Positions 1-8,861 are shown, counted from the first letter of the stretch. The stretch: 46,648 nt of DNA from Candidatus Eiseniibacteriota bacterium (GCA_038231135.1 JBBRLX010000034.1:1-46648), one strand, 5' to 3'. Made by a program: numbers and translations. Notes: generated by a model not told the origin, from the letters alone.

Positions 1-83
1 CGGTTCGTCGTGTCTCCTCGTCGTGCGGCTTCGACCAGACCCAGCCGCCGGGCATCCCGTAGTCCCATGAGTGTGTCGTCCAT
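1..83 (-). CDS. Possible 5' end of a CDS running off the left edge (MDDTLMGLRDARRLGLVEAARRGDTTN...)
   Basis: ATG at 83 on the minus strand with an open frame to the window edge; divergent from bioY; no homology recognised. Confidence 0.35.
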   Translation of the reverse strand, partial: MDDTLMGLRDARRLGLVEAARRGDTTN

Positions 84-132
84 GGGGGTGACACTCTCAC
101 TGCGGAGTTAGGGGGTGACAGAATCACTGCGG
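84..132. repeat. Tandem 22-bp direct repeat GGGGGTGACAnnnTCACTGCGG, each copy containing a GTGA-N5-TCAC palindrome; candidate operator pair
   Basis: 84-105 GGGGGTGACACTCTCACTGCGG and 111-132 GGGGGTGACAGAATCACTGCGG; period 27 bp. Confidence 0.6.
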
Positions 133-256
133 GGGCACACGGTCCCGCTCGCCGTTGGCGGTCGTCAATCCTGCGTGCTAGCTTCGCCCGTTCGTCGATC
201 GAGGCCCGCCAGGGCGCGGGCCTTAGAGGGGTTCCCGAGCTTCCACCGAGGTGACC

Positions 257-838
257 ATGTCCGCCGTCCGCACGCTCACGCTGGCCGATGTCGCGCTGCC
301 GCGCGCCGGCATGCTGTCGAACACCGTCCTCGTCGTGGCCGCGAGCCTCGCGACGGCGGTCGCGGCCCAGATCGCGATTCCCCTGAGCCCGGTGCCGATC
401 ACCGGCCAGACGTTCGCCGTGCTGCTCGCAGGCGCGGCACTCGGGCCGCGCCGCGGTGCGCTGGCGATGCTGCTGTATCTGACCGAAGGCGCCGCCGGCC
501 TGCCGGTGTTCGCGGGTGGCGCGTCCGGGGCCGCGAAGTTCATCGGGCCGACGGGCGGCTACCTGCTGGCGTTCCCGCTCGCCGCCGCCGTCACCGGGTG
601 GCTCGCGGCGCGCGGCTGGGATCGCCGGTTCGGCACGATGTTCGTGGCGATGCTGCTCGGCAGTGCCGTGATCTTCGCGTGCGGGCTCGTCATGTTGTCG
701 CGTTTCGTTCCGGCCGCCCGGTTGCCCGGCATCGGCCTGCTGCCGTTCCTGCCGGGCGACCTGATCAAGTCGGCGCTCGCGGCGCTGGCATTCCCCGCGG
801 CATGGCGGCTCGCGCGCGGCGCGACCCGGCGCCCCTGA
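257..838 (+). CDS. bioY: Biotin transporter BioY (ECF S-component)
   Basis: PVPITGQTFAV, GLPVFAGG, GPTGGYLL and PFLPGDLIK motifs; hydrophobic; GAGGTG RBS before ATG 257. Confidence 0.92.
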   Translation: MSAVRTLTLADVALPRAGMLSNTVLVVAASLATAVAAQIAIPLSPVPITGQTFAVLLAGAALGPRRGALAMLLYLTEGAAGLPVFAGGASGAAKFIGPTGGYLLAFPLAAAVTGWLAARGWDRRFGTMFVAMLLGSAVIFACGLVMLSRFVPAARLPGIGLLPFLPGDLIKSALAALAFPAAWRLARGATRRP

Positions 839-884
839 GCCCCGGGATGCCGTTGTCGCCGATCGGGCTACTCAGGGCTCCGCG

Positions 885-1745
885 GTGACGGTCCGCTCGA
901 TTGCCGTGGTCGGCGCCGGGATCATGGGCCGCGGGATCGCCTATGCCGCGGCGCTCGGCGGCTTCTCCACGGTGCTGCAGGACCCGAACCCCGGCGCGCT
1001 CGAACAGGGCGTGAACGAGATCTGGGCGCTGCTCGAGAAGGGCGTGGTCATGGGCAAGGTCGACGGCGAGGCCGCGGCCCGAGCGAACCGGCAGTTGAGA
1101 TCGGCCCAGGCACTCGGCGATGCGGTGGGCGCGGCGGATCTCGTCATCGAGGCCGCCCCCGAGCAGATCGAGCTCAAGGTCGAGTTGTTCGCGGAACTCG
1201 ACCGGCTCGCGCCGCCCGCTGCGATCCTGGCCTCCAACACCTCGTCGCTGTCGATCACCGAGATGGCGGCCGCCACGCGGCGGCCGCGGCAGGTGGTGGG
1301 CATGCACTTCTTCAACCCGGTTCATCGCATGAAGCTGCTCGAAGTGGTGCGGGCGCTCGAGACCAGCGAAGACACCCTGACCGCGGCGTGCGCGGTCGGC
1401 GAGCAACTGGGCAAGGACTGCGTCGTGGTGCGCGAATCGCCCGGATTCGTCACCAGCCGCATCAACGCGATGATCGGCAACGAGGCGTTCTACATGCTGC
1501 AGGAGGGCGTTGCGAGCGCGCGCGACATCGACAAGGCGCTCAAGCTCGGACTCAATCACCCGATGGGGCCGTTCGAGCTGGTCGACCTGGTGGGGCTCGA
1601 CACCCGGCTAGCAATCCTGCGGTTCCTGCATCGCACGCTGGGCGACAAGTTTCGGCCCTGCCCGCTCATGGAGCAGTACGTGTCAGCCGGGCGGCTGGGC
1701 CGCAAGGTCGGCCGCGGGGTTTACGACTACCCGCCAGGTGGCTGA
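885..1745 (+). CDS. 3-hydroxyacyl-CoA / 3-hydroxybutyryl-CoA dehydrogenase
   Basis: VVGAGIMGRGIA Rossmann motif; ASNTSSLSI, GMHFFNP, HPMGPFELVDLVGLD, GRLGRKVGRGVYDY. Confidence 0.93.
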   Translation: MTVRSIAVVGAGIMGRGIAYAAALGGFSTVLQDPNPGALEQGVNEIWALLEKGVVMGKVDGEAAARANRQLRSAQALGDAVGAADLVIEAAPEQIELKVELFAELDRLAPPAAILASNTSSLSITEMAAATRRPRQVVGMHFFNPVHRMKLLEVVRALETSEDTLTAACAVGEQLGKDCVVVRESPGFVTSRINAMIGNEAFYMLQEGVASARDIDKALKLGLNHPMGPFELVDLVGLDTRLAILRFLHRTLGDKFRPCPLMEQYVSAGRLGRKVGRGVYDYPPGG

Positions 1746-1856
1746 AAAAACCCGATTGCTGCGTTGGCTCGTCGCTCGTCACTGCGACGTATCTTACGAT
1801 ACGTCTCGCTCCTCGCTCCTCGCCGCCTTGCACTCGGGCTTTTTCAGCCACCTGGC
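1733..1856. mobile_element. MITE/REP-like palindromic element with 23-bp terminal inverted repeats
   Basis: Left arm GCCAGGTGGCTGAAAAAACCCGA (1733-1755) and right arm TCGGGCTTTTTCAGCCACCTGGC (1834-1856), one mismatch; central hairpin GACGTATC-TTAC-GATACGTC. Confidence 0.7.
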
Positions 1857-1875
1857 AAGGCTGACGGCGGCCTGC

Positions 1876-2355
1876 TCAGGCTGACCGCCTCAGTTCCGGG
1901 TTCGCGGGCAATTGCCCGGGCTGTGGGCCTGGTGAGTTTGGCCGCACGCTGCCCAGGGCCGGATGACGATCGCTCCAGGGGATCAGTGTCGCGAAGGCGT
2001 ACAGCCAGCACAGCATCGCGGGCAGCAGCAGCGCCAGCGTAAGTGCCGCGGCGCTGGTCCAGGCGAATGCGCCCGATCCCGCCCCCCATGTGACCCCCAG
2101 CCCCGCACGCCACAGCAGGCTGAGCGAGATTGCGAGAACGACGCCGACCAACCGGTTGCGACGGTCGTGGCGGATCCCTGGACGGGAGTGCGGGTCGCGG
2201 AGCAGCAACGCCAAACCCATCAGCACCAGCAGGATGCCGTTGGCGAACGCCAGCTTCAGCCAGGACGTATCGATGCCCTGGCGGGCGAGGACCACGGCCG
2301 GAACGGTGAACAGAGTTCCGAGAATGAGAGCGGCCCATGCAGGTGGACGGTACAT
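1876..2355 (-). CDS. Hypothetical membrane protein (about 4 TM segments)
   Basis: 159-aa ORF with four hydrophobic stretches; AGGAGG RBS upstream. Confidence 0.65.
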   Translation of the reverse strand: MYRPPAWAALILGTLFTVPAVVLARQGIDTSWLKLAFANGILLVLMGLALLLRDPHSRPGIRHDRRNRLVGVVLAISLSLLWRAGLGVTWGAGSGAFAWTSAAALTLALLLPAMLCWLYAFATLIPWSDRHPALGSVRPNSPGPQPGQLPANPELRRSA

Positions 2356-2612
2356 ACCGACCTCCTAAGTCACGGGGGACGTCTCGATCGGTCGTTTAGA
2401 TGCGCCAGGACCGTCCACAGGTGCCCAGGAACCACCCCCAGGCCGGCTTCCCTGCGGACCTCGACATAACGTTACGCCAAAGCCATTATCCCGCGCATCA
2501 CAATTCCTGCGGCGCCGGCCGTCGGACCCCTCACGATCTGCCGTTCCCGAGGGATCCAGATCCGCCGGTTGACTCAGGGACTACGCTCGAACCCACGACG
2601 GAGACCTATCTC

Positions 2613-4073
2613 ATGACGGAAACGCTCGTCCCGGTCCGGCCGGGCAAGCTCATCATCGACGGCGCCGCGGTGGATGCCGCCTCGGGCCGCACGTTCACGA
2701 CCCGCAATCCGGCCACCGAGGAGCCGGTGTGCCAGGTGGCGGAGGCCGGCCCCGAAGACGTCGACCGCGCCGTCGCCGCGGCGCGCGCCGCGCTCGACGG
2801 GCTGTGGGGCCGCATGAAGCCCTCGGATCGGCAGCGGCTGCTATGGAAGGTCGGCGACCTGATCCTCGAGAACGCCGACGAGATCGCCCGCCTCGAGACG
2901 CTCGACAACGGCAAGCCCATCTTCGAATCGCGCCAGATCGACATTCCCATGGTCGCGAACTGCTTCCACTACTTCGCGGGCTGGGCGACGAAGCTCGCGG
3001 GCGAGACGCTGCCCGTGCACCCGGCGTATCTCACGTACACGCTGCGCGAGCCGATCGGCGTCGTGGGCGCGATCATCCCGTGGAACTTCCCGATGATCAT
3101 GACCGGCTGGAAGGTCGCGCCGGCGCTCGCGGCGGGGAACACGGTGGTGCTCAAGCCGGCCGAGCTGACGCCGCTGTCGGCGATCCGCATCGGCGAGCTG
3201 GCGATCGAGGCCGGGCTGCCGCCCGGCGTGTTCAACGTGCTGCCCGGCAAGGGTTCGGTGGCCGGCGAGGCGATGGTCCGGCATCCCGGCGTGGACAAGA
3301 TCTCGTTCACCGGCTCGACCGAGGTGGGCAAGCACATCATGCGCACGGCCGCCGACACGATGAAGAAGCTGACGCTCGAGCTGGGCGGCAAGTCGCCGAA
3401 CATCATATTCGCCGACGCCGATCTCGATGCGGCGCTGCGCGGCGCGACGTCGGGCATCTTCTACGGCAAGGGCGAGGTGTGCGCCGCCGGCTCGCGGCTG
3501 TTCGTCGAGCGCAGCGTTCACGAGGAGTTTGTCGCGAAGCTCGTGGAACGGGCGAAAAAGACCGTCCCCGCCGATCCGCTGGATCCGAAGACGCGGCTCG
3601 GGGCGCTGGTGAGCGAGGAGCAGATGAACAAGGTCCTCGGCTACGTCGAGATCGGCACCCGCGAGGGCGCGAAGCTCGTGGCGGGCGGCGCGCGGCAGCC
3701 GGTGAACGGCAAGGGCTGGTTCATGCAGGCCACGGTGCTCGACGGCGTCGAGAACCGGATGCGCGTGGCCCAGGAGGAGATCTTCGGTCCGGTGCTCGCG
3801 GTGATCCCGTTCGACGGCGTGGACGACGCGGTGAAGCAGGCCAACGACATTCCGTACGGTCTCGCCGCCGGCGTGTGGACCAGGGACGTGAAGAAGGCGC
3901 ATGCGGTCGCGCGCCGTCTCCAGGCGGGCACGGTATGGGTGAACAGCTACAACTTCTACGACGCGGGCATGCCGTTCGGCGGCAACAAGCAGTCCGGATT
4001 CGGCCGGGACCTGGGGCCCGAATGCCTGCGCGAATACACTCAGTTGAAGAGCGTGTGGGTGAGCGTGGAGTAG
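2613..4073 (+). CDS. NAD-dependent aldehyde dehydrogenase
   Basis: IIPWNFP, FTGSTEVG, LELGGKSP (catalytic Glu), GEVCAAG (catalytic Cys), EEIFGPV; GGAG RBS before ATG 2613. Confidence 0.95.
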   Translation: MTETLVPVRPGKLIIDGAAVDAASGRTFTTRNPATEEPVCQVAEAGPEDVDRAVAAARAALDGLWGRMKPSDRQRLLWKVGDLILENADEIARLETLDNGKPIFESRQIDIPMVANCFHYFAGWATKLAGETLPVHPAYLTYTLREPIGVVGAIIPWNFPMIMTGWKVAPALAAGNTVVLKPAELTPLSAIRIGELAIEAGLPPGVFNVLPGKGSVAGEAMVRHPGVDKISFTGSTEVGKHIMRTAADTMKKLTLELGGKSPNIIFADADLDAALRGATSGIFYGKGEVCAAGSRLFVERSVHEEFVAKLVERAKKTVPADPLDPKTRLGALVSEEQMNKVLGYVEIGTREGAKLVAGGARQPVNGKGWFMQATVLDGVENRMRVAQEEIFGPVLAVIPFDGVDDAVKQANDIPYGLAAGVWTRDVKKAHAVARRLQAGTVWVNSYNFYDAGMPFGGNKQSGFGRDLGPECLREYTQLKSVWVSVE

Positions 4074-4115
4074 ACCCTCTCTTCGGAAAGAGCCACGGAG
4101 ACCTCCCTTGTCACG

Positions 4116-4137
4116 AATTATGATTGAGATCTTAATT
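4116..4137. promoter_or_regulatory. AT-rich palindrome AATTATGAT-N4-ATCTTAATT; candidate transcription-factor site
   Basis: 8 of 9 positions self-complementary; lies about 25 bp upstream of the thiolase start. Confidence 0.5.
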
Positions 4138-4160
4138 TGTGCTATCGAAGGAATGGCGCG

Positions 4161-5342
4161 GTGACGCGCATCCTGCTCGCGGGCGGGGCCCGCACTCCCA
4201 TCGGCAATTTCGGCGGCGCGCTCGCGACGTCGAGCGCGGCCGAGCTGGGCGGCGTCGCGGCGCGCGGAGCGATCGAGCGCTCCGGCGTGCCCGGGTCCGC
4301 GATCGACGAGGTGATCGTCGGCCACGCGCGGCAGGCCGGCAACGGGCCCAACCTGGCGCGGCAGGTTGTGCGCCGCGCCGGGCTCGAGGACCGCGTGCCC
4401 GCGTACACGATCAACAAGGCGTGCGCCTCGGGGCTCCAGGCGATCGTGTCGGCGGCGCAGAGCATCCGGAACGGCGACAACGACGTGGTGCTTGCCGGGG
4501 GCACGGAGCACATGTCGAGCATTCCCTACCTCGCGACCGACATGCGCTGGGGACGCAAGCTCGGCGACGAGCCGCTCGTCGACGCGATGTTCAAGGACGG
4601 CTACCTGTGCCCGCTGTGCGACCAGCTGATGGGCGAGACCAGCGAGACGCTCGCGACGGAATACGGCATCACCCGCGAGGAGCAGGACCGCTACGCGCTC
4701 GACAGCAACCGGCGCGCGGCGCGCGCGTGGGACGAGCGGCGCTTCGAGCGCGATCTGGTGCCGGTCACGGTGGGCGAGGGCAAGCGGGCCACGACGGTGA
4801 CGCGCGACGAGCACTTCCGCGCCGACGCGTCGCTCGAGGAGATGGCGAAGCTGCGACCGGTGTTCCGCAAGGACGGCTCGATCACCGCCGGCAACGCGTC
4901 CGCGATCACCGACGGCGCCGCGGCGATCCTGGTGCTCGGCGAGGGCGCGGCGAAGCGCCACAACGTCGCGCCGCAGGCGTCGATCGTGGGCTGGGCCTCG
5001 GTGGGCGTCGATCCGGCGCGCATGGGACTCGGGCCGGTGCCCGCGGTGCGCACGCTGCTCGATCGCCACGGATTCTCGCTCGACCAGATGGACGTGGTGG
5101 AGCTGAACGAGGCATTCGCGTCGCAGGTGCTGGCGTGCGACCGCGAGCTGCACTTCGACCGCGAGCGGCTGAACCCGAACGGCGGCGGCATCGCGCTGGG
5201 GCACCCCACCGGCTGCAGCGGCACGCGCATCGTCGTGTCGCTGCTGTCCGAACTCGAGCGCGTGAACGGCCGCTATGGCCTCGCCACGCTGTGCGTGAGC
5301 GGCGGCCAGGGCATGGCGCTGCTGGTGGAGCGCATGAGCTGA
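4161..5342 (+). CDS. Thiolase (acetyl-CoA C-acyltransferase)
   Basis: RTPIG, INKACASG (Cys), ELNEAF, GHPTGCSG (His), LCVSGGQG (Cys); GTG start after AAGGA. Confidence 0.95.
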   Translation: MTRILLAGGARTPIGNFGGALATSSAAELGGVAARGAIERSGVPGSAIDEVIVGHARQAGNGPNLARQVVRRAGLEDRVPAYTINKACASGLQAIVSAAQSIRNGDNDVVLAGGTEHMSSIPYLATDMRWGRKLGDEPLVDAMFKDGYLCPLCDQLMGETSETLATEYGITREEQDRYALDSNRRAARAWDERRFERDLVPVTVGEGKRATTVTRDEHFRADASLEEMAKLRPVFRKDGSITAGNASAITDGAAAILVLGEGAAKRHNVAPQASIVGWASVGVDPARMGLGPVPAVRTLLDRHGFSLDQMDVVELNEAFASQVLACDRELHFDRERLNPNGGGIALGHPTGCSGTRIVVSLLSELERVNGRYGLATLCVSGGQGMALLVERMS

Positions 5343-5541
5343 CGCGGGGGTTTTCCACATCGCGGGGGAATGGACGCCGGAGCCGGCGTTGCCTCCGTGG
5401 TCGTGGGAGCCAGGCCTCGCGAGCAGGTGGCCAGCCGGCATCACCGTTGCCGGACCCGAATGTGGATAACGATGATTTCGCGCGGTCGCCTCGTGCATTT
5501 TGCCGCTTCACGGCTCCGGACGCCGCGCCGATATCCGGAGC

Positions 5542-6693
5542 ATGGACGAGGACGACGACGAATTTCAGCTCCACACCGAACGCTGGTGCGTCGGGCTGCG
5601 CTGCGCGGAATCCGTGCCGCTCGATGAGCGTGAGCGCGCGCTGATCGAAGGCAGAGTCGCGGGGCTGACGCGCGCAATGTGGGTGTCCGTGGCCATCGGC
5701 GCGCTCGGTTTCGCGCTACCGCTCGGACTCGCGCAACTGCTGCCGCGGACGCTCGGCGCCCACTGGGCCGATGTCGCCGCCGGCCTGACGCTGCTCGCAA
5801 CGATCATCGTGCTGCCGATGTACTTCCTTGCCCGGGCGCGCGCCCGCTGGCTCACCCGCCGCGCCCACATCGACGACCTCGGCCAGGGCGAGAAGTTGCG
5901 GTTCGAGGGCACGTACGTTTTCGGCGACGCGATCGACGACGAACAGAAGGCGCTGATGGCGTCCGGCCTGCTGGTGCCGAAGCCCGGCCACCCGCAGTCA
6001 CTCGAGGTGCTGCCCGGCTCAGGCTCGGTGATCCGGCGCACGGGCACGCTGCCCCCCGAATTCATTCCGGTGCGCGTCACCGAGGTGGCCGCCGGCCCCG
6101 CCTACGCGATGCGCGTCCCGGTGCCGCGCGAGCACGCCTACATTGATGGCTCGCCCGAGGTGCGGTTCCTGCGCCGCTCGCTCAACGACCACGAGCGTGC
6201 CGAGCTCGCAGCCCACATCGACCGGCTGCGCCGCCCCGGCCCGACCGTGCTGCTGTGGGCCGTGTGGCTCACGGCGTGGGTCGTGGCCGCGAACCTGAGT
6301 CCCGAGGGTGTGCGGCACTACGTGGAGACCCGCTGGCCCCTCGTGGTGCTGCAGATCGTCGTGCTGGCGGGGATGGTGCTCGCGTACGCGCGGGCGTTGC
6401 GGCTGGCCGCAGGGCTCGCCGCGGACACCCGCACCGGCTGGGCGTTCACGCTGCTGAACGAACGCGCTCCCGATCCGGATGCCGTTTGGGATGCGGCTGG
6501 CGCGGGGGAGTCGAACACGCCAGCCACTTCTGCAAGCTTCGCGAACGCGCCTGACCACGCGGCCGACGAGGATTCAACGCAGGACTTCGAAACCGATCCC
6601 AGGCGGACGGTCGAGTTCCTGCCGCATTCGCGGGCGCTGTGGAACGAGCGCGGGCGGCCTGCGCGCTGGCGGAACCTGAGGCGCGCGGCCTGA
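5542..6693 (+). CDS. Hypothetical membrane protein with two internally repeated 2-TM modules
   Basis: GGAG RBS before ATG 5542; two TM hairpins, each preceded by an L-x3-ERA helix and followed by E-[VF]-LP-x-S. Confidence 0.7.
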   Translation: MDEDDDEFQLHTERWCVGLRCAESVPLDERERALIEGRVAGLTRAMWVSVAIGALGFALPLGLAQLLPRTLGAHWADVAAGLTLLATIIVLPMYFLARARARWLTRRAHIDDLGQGEKLRFEGTYVFGDAIDDEQKALMASGLLVPKPGHPQSLEVLPGSGSVIRRTGTLPPEFIPVRVTEVAAGPAYAMRVPVPREHAYIDGSPEVRFLRRSLNDHERAELAAHIDRLRRPGPTVLLWAVWLTAWVVAANLSPEGVRHYVETRWPLVVLQIVVLAGMVLAYARALRLAAGLAADTRTGWAFTLLNERAPDPDAVWDAAGAGESNTPATSASFANAPDHAADEDSTQDFETDPRRTVEFLPHSRALWNERGRPARWRNLRRAA

Positions 6694-6797
6694 TCGCCGC
6701 TGCAAGCGCTGTGCGCGTCGCGCAGCTCGTTCGGGCGTCCGCCTGGGCCGCCTGAAGGGATAACCATTCGCAGGTAAAAGAACTGCCTCGAAAGGAA

Positions 6798-7787
6798 TTA
6801 TCGGTACAGGCTCTTGATCTGCCCCCAACTCGCGGACCTGGTGGGCGTGGATGACTGGCTGAACTTTTGAATGCGATGGTTTCCCGTATCCGCAACATAA
6901 ACGTTTCCGCCCGCATCTACCGCCACGCTGACCGGGTAATCGAACTGACCATTGCCAGTGCCATATTTGCCCCACAGAGCGATGTAAGCGCCGCCGCTTG
7001 TGAACATCTGAATGCGGCTATTGCCATAATCCGCAACATAGACAATGCCGGCCGCATCTACTGCCACGCCCATGGGCGAGTTGAATTGCCCGTCGCCAGT
7101 GCCGTACGAGCCCCACTGCGTGACGTAAGTGCCGTCGCCGGTAAACTTCTGGATGCGGTGGTTGTCGGAGTCCGCCACATAGACATTGCCGCTCCCATCA
7201 ACCGCAATGCCATACGGGTGCTGGAACTCACCGTTTCCGCTGCCATTGGTCCCCCACTTGCGGAGGTAGTTGCCTCCGCTGGTGAAGACCTGGACACGCT
7301 GGTTGCCTTGCTCGGCCACGAACACATCGCCATTAACATCCACAGCGACCCCGGACGGGTACTGGAACTGTCCATCCTCGGTTCCAAACGTCCCCCACTT
7401 GGCGAGATAGGTGCCGTTGCTGGAGAACTTCTGAACGGAATGGCCGCCCGAATCGGCAACGTAGACGTTGCCGTCGAAATCCACCGCCACACCATCCGGC
7501 AACTCGAATTGGTCGCCCGAGTTGCCATTCGAACCCCACTGGGTCACATAGGCGCCACTGTTGTCGAACGATTGGATACGGAAATTGAATCTATCCGTCA
7601 CGTAGAGGTTTCCGCTGCCCACGGCCACGGCCCATGGATATTGAAACTGCCCGCTGGCGCTGCCATAGGTCCCCCACTGAGTGACATAGGTCGGAGCCTG
7701 TGCAACTGCGGCGGCGGGTAGCGTCGTCGCGAAGGTGAGCATGACGGAGACGATCAGGAAACGGTGATGATCCAGCTGCGAATGCAT
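6798..7787 (-). CDS. Secreted NHL-repeat (6-bladed beta-propeller) protein with C-terminal SWGQIKSLYR tail
   Basis: Six F-x-x-P-x-[GAS]-[VI]AV...YVAD..N.RIQ.F repeats; signal peptide ending AAAVA; GAGG RBS before ATG 7787. Confidence 0.9.
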   Translation of the reverse strand: MHSQLDHHRFLIVSVMLTFATTLPAAAVAQAPTYVTQWGTYGSASGQFQYPWAVAVGSGNLYVTDRFNFRIQSFDNSGAYVTQWGSNGNSGDQFELPDGVAVDFDGNVYVADSGGHSVQKFSSNGTYLAKWGTFGTEDGQFQYPSGVAVDVNGDVFVAEQGNQRVQVFTSGGNYLRKWGTNGSGNGEFQHPYGIAVDGSGNVYVADSDNHRIQKFTGDGTYVTQWGSYGTGDGQFNSPMGVAVDAAGIVYVADYGNSRIQMFTSGGAYIALWGKYGTGNGQFDYPVSVAVDAGGNVYVADTGNHRIQKFSQSSTPTRSASWGQIKSLYR

Positions 7788-7994
7788 TTTGAACGTCCTC
7801 GAGCGGGCGGAGTGAGGATGGTGTGCTCCAATTATAGACTTGGATCCCGAGTGGCCCGGTAGGAAATCAGGGCCGGGCGTTCCGAAGCGTTCGAATTCGT
7901 GTCCGCCGCACCCCGAGCCCCCACGTTGTCCTTCGCACCACACGAAGAGTCGGCACTACTCGACGTCGGGGATTCTCGCGATGCTGCTCTTCGC

Positions 7995-8146
7995 CTGCGC
8001 ACCCGGCGTCCGAACGCGGCCTCGAGCTGAGGGTCTGCGGTGCGGAGCAGATTGGGGCTTTTGACCGTCGCGTTCCGCAACGCCGCGCCGACCAGGCGGC
8101 GGGCGACGTGCTCCACGTAGATCGTGACGTCCGGAAGTTCGGGCAC
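7995..8146 (-). pseudogene. Truncated Fpg/Nei DNA glycosylase, N-terminal ~50 aa only
   Basis: Starts MPELPDVTIYVEHVARRLVG (catalytic PE motif); similarity is lost after AAFGRRVR; no H2TH or zinc finger follows; the 3' boundary is approximate. Confidence 0.8.
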
Positions 8147-8243
8147 GCGATCAAGGTAGCGAAGATTCGGGCCGATACCCTACGCGATCTCCGCGCCCGG
8201 TCCGGCAGGCACCGCCCCGGCGTGGGATGTTGCAGGAGGCCCC

Positions 8244-8861
8244 ATGAATTTGATGCTCATCTGCGCCACGTTGCTCGTGCTCTCGGGCTGCGCGCTCGCG
8301 TTCCTCCGTTCCCGCGAATCGGACGGCGCCGGCACGGGCCAGCTCGATCTGGCCCCCGAGGACGTCGCGCGGATGCCCGACCGCGTCGGCCTCGTCCGCG
8401 TCGACTCGACGTCCACACCGCTGCCCATGGCGATCCTGTCGATCTCCGGCGAGCTCGAATCCCAGGGGTTCGAGGACGGTGGCACGTTCGCGTTCGAAGG
8501 CCTGCCGGGAGTCCGCATGCGCCTGCTCGCGAATCCGTCGCAGTCGATGTACGCGGCGGTCTGGGAGCACCCCGCGGCCGGGCCGTGGGTCGAGTGCTGG
8601 ACCCAGTATCCCGGCGGCCGGAAGTGCACGTTCACGACGCTGACGGGCGCAGGCCTCGACGGCCGCCCCGGTCACACGGTGGTGCGCATGCCGGGAGCGA
8701 GACCGCTCGAGCTCTATCTCAAGGCCTGCACCGAGCGGCCGATGGGCGTGTTCATGCCGGCGACGGCGCAGCAGGCGCAGACCGAGTTCGAGAACGGCTA
8801 CATGATGTGGCGGGCGTGGCGCCGCGCCCAGGACCGCACGCGCCGCATCGAAGCCGCGTAG
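8244..8861 (+). CDS. Hypothetical membrane-anchored protein or lipoprotein
   Basis: AGGAGG RBS; N-terminal hydrophobic segment containing LSGC; host-like codon usage. Confidence 0.7.
   Translation: MNLMLICATLLVLSGCALAFLRSRESDGAGTGQLDLAPEDVARMPDRVGLVRVDSTSTPLPMAILSISGELESQGFEDGGTFAFEGLPGVRMRLLANPSQSMYAAVWEHPAAGPWVECWTQYPGGRKCTFTTLTGAGLDGRPGHTVVRMPGARPLELYLKACTERPMGVFMPATAQQAQTEFENGYMMWRAWRRAQDRTRRIEAA

Noticed and set aside
2841..5498. 885-aa minus-strand ORF and similar long antisense or alternate-frame ORFs (9845-11779, 11921-14803, 28568-30583, 19911-21662)
   Set aside because: Shadow ORFs of well-supported genes in high-GC DNA; Arg/Ala-rich with no recognisable motifs
7885..7913. tRNA-like 3' end (GTTCGAAT...CCGCCGCACC) as a possible integration site
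   Set aside because: The T-stem does not pair and no acceptor, D or anticodon arms are evident
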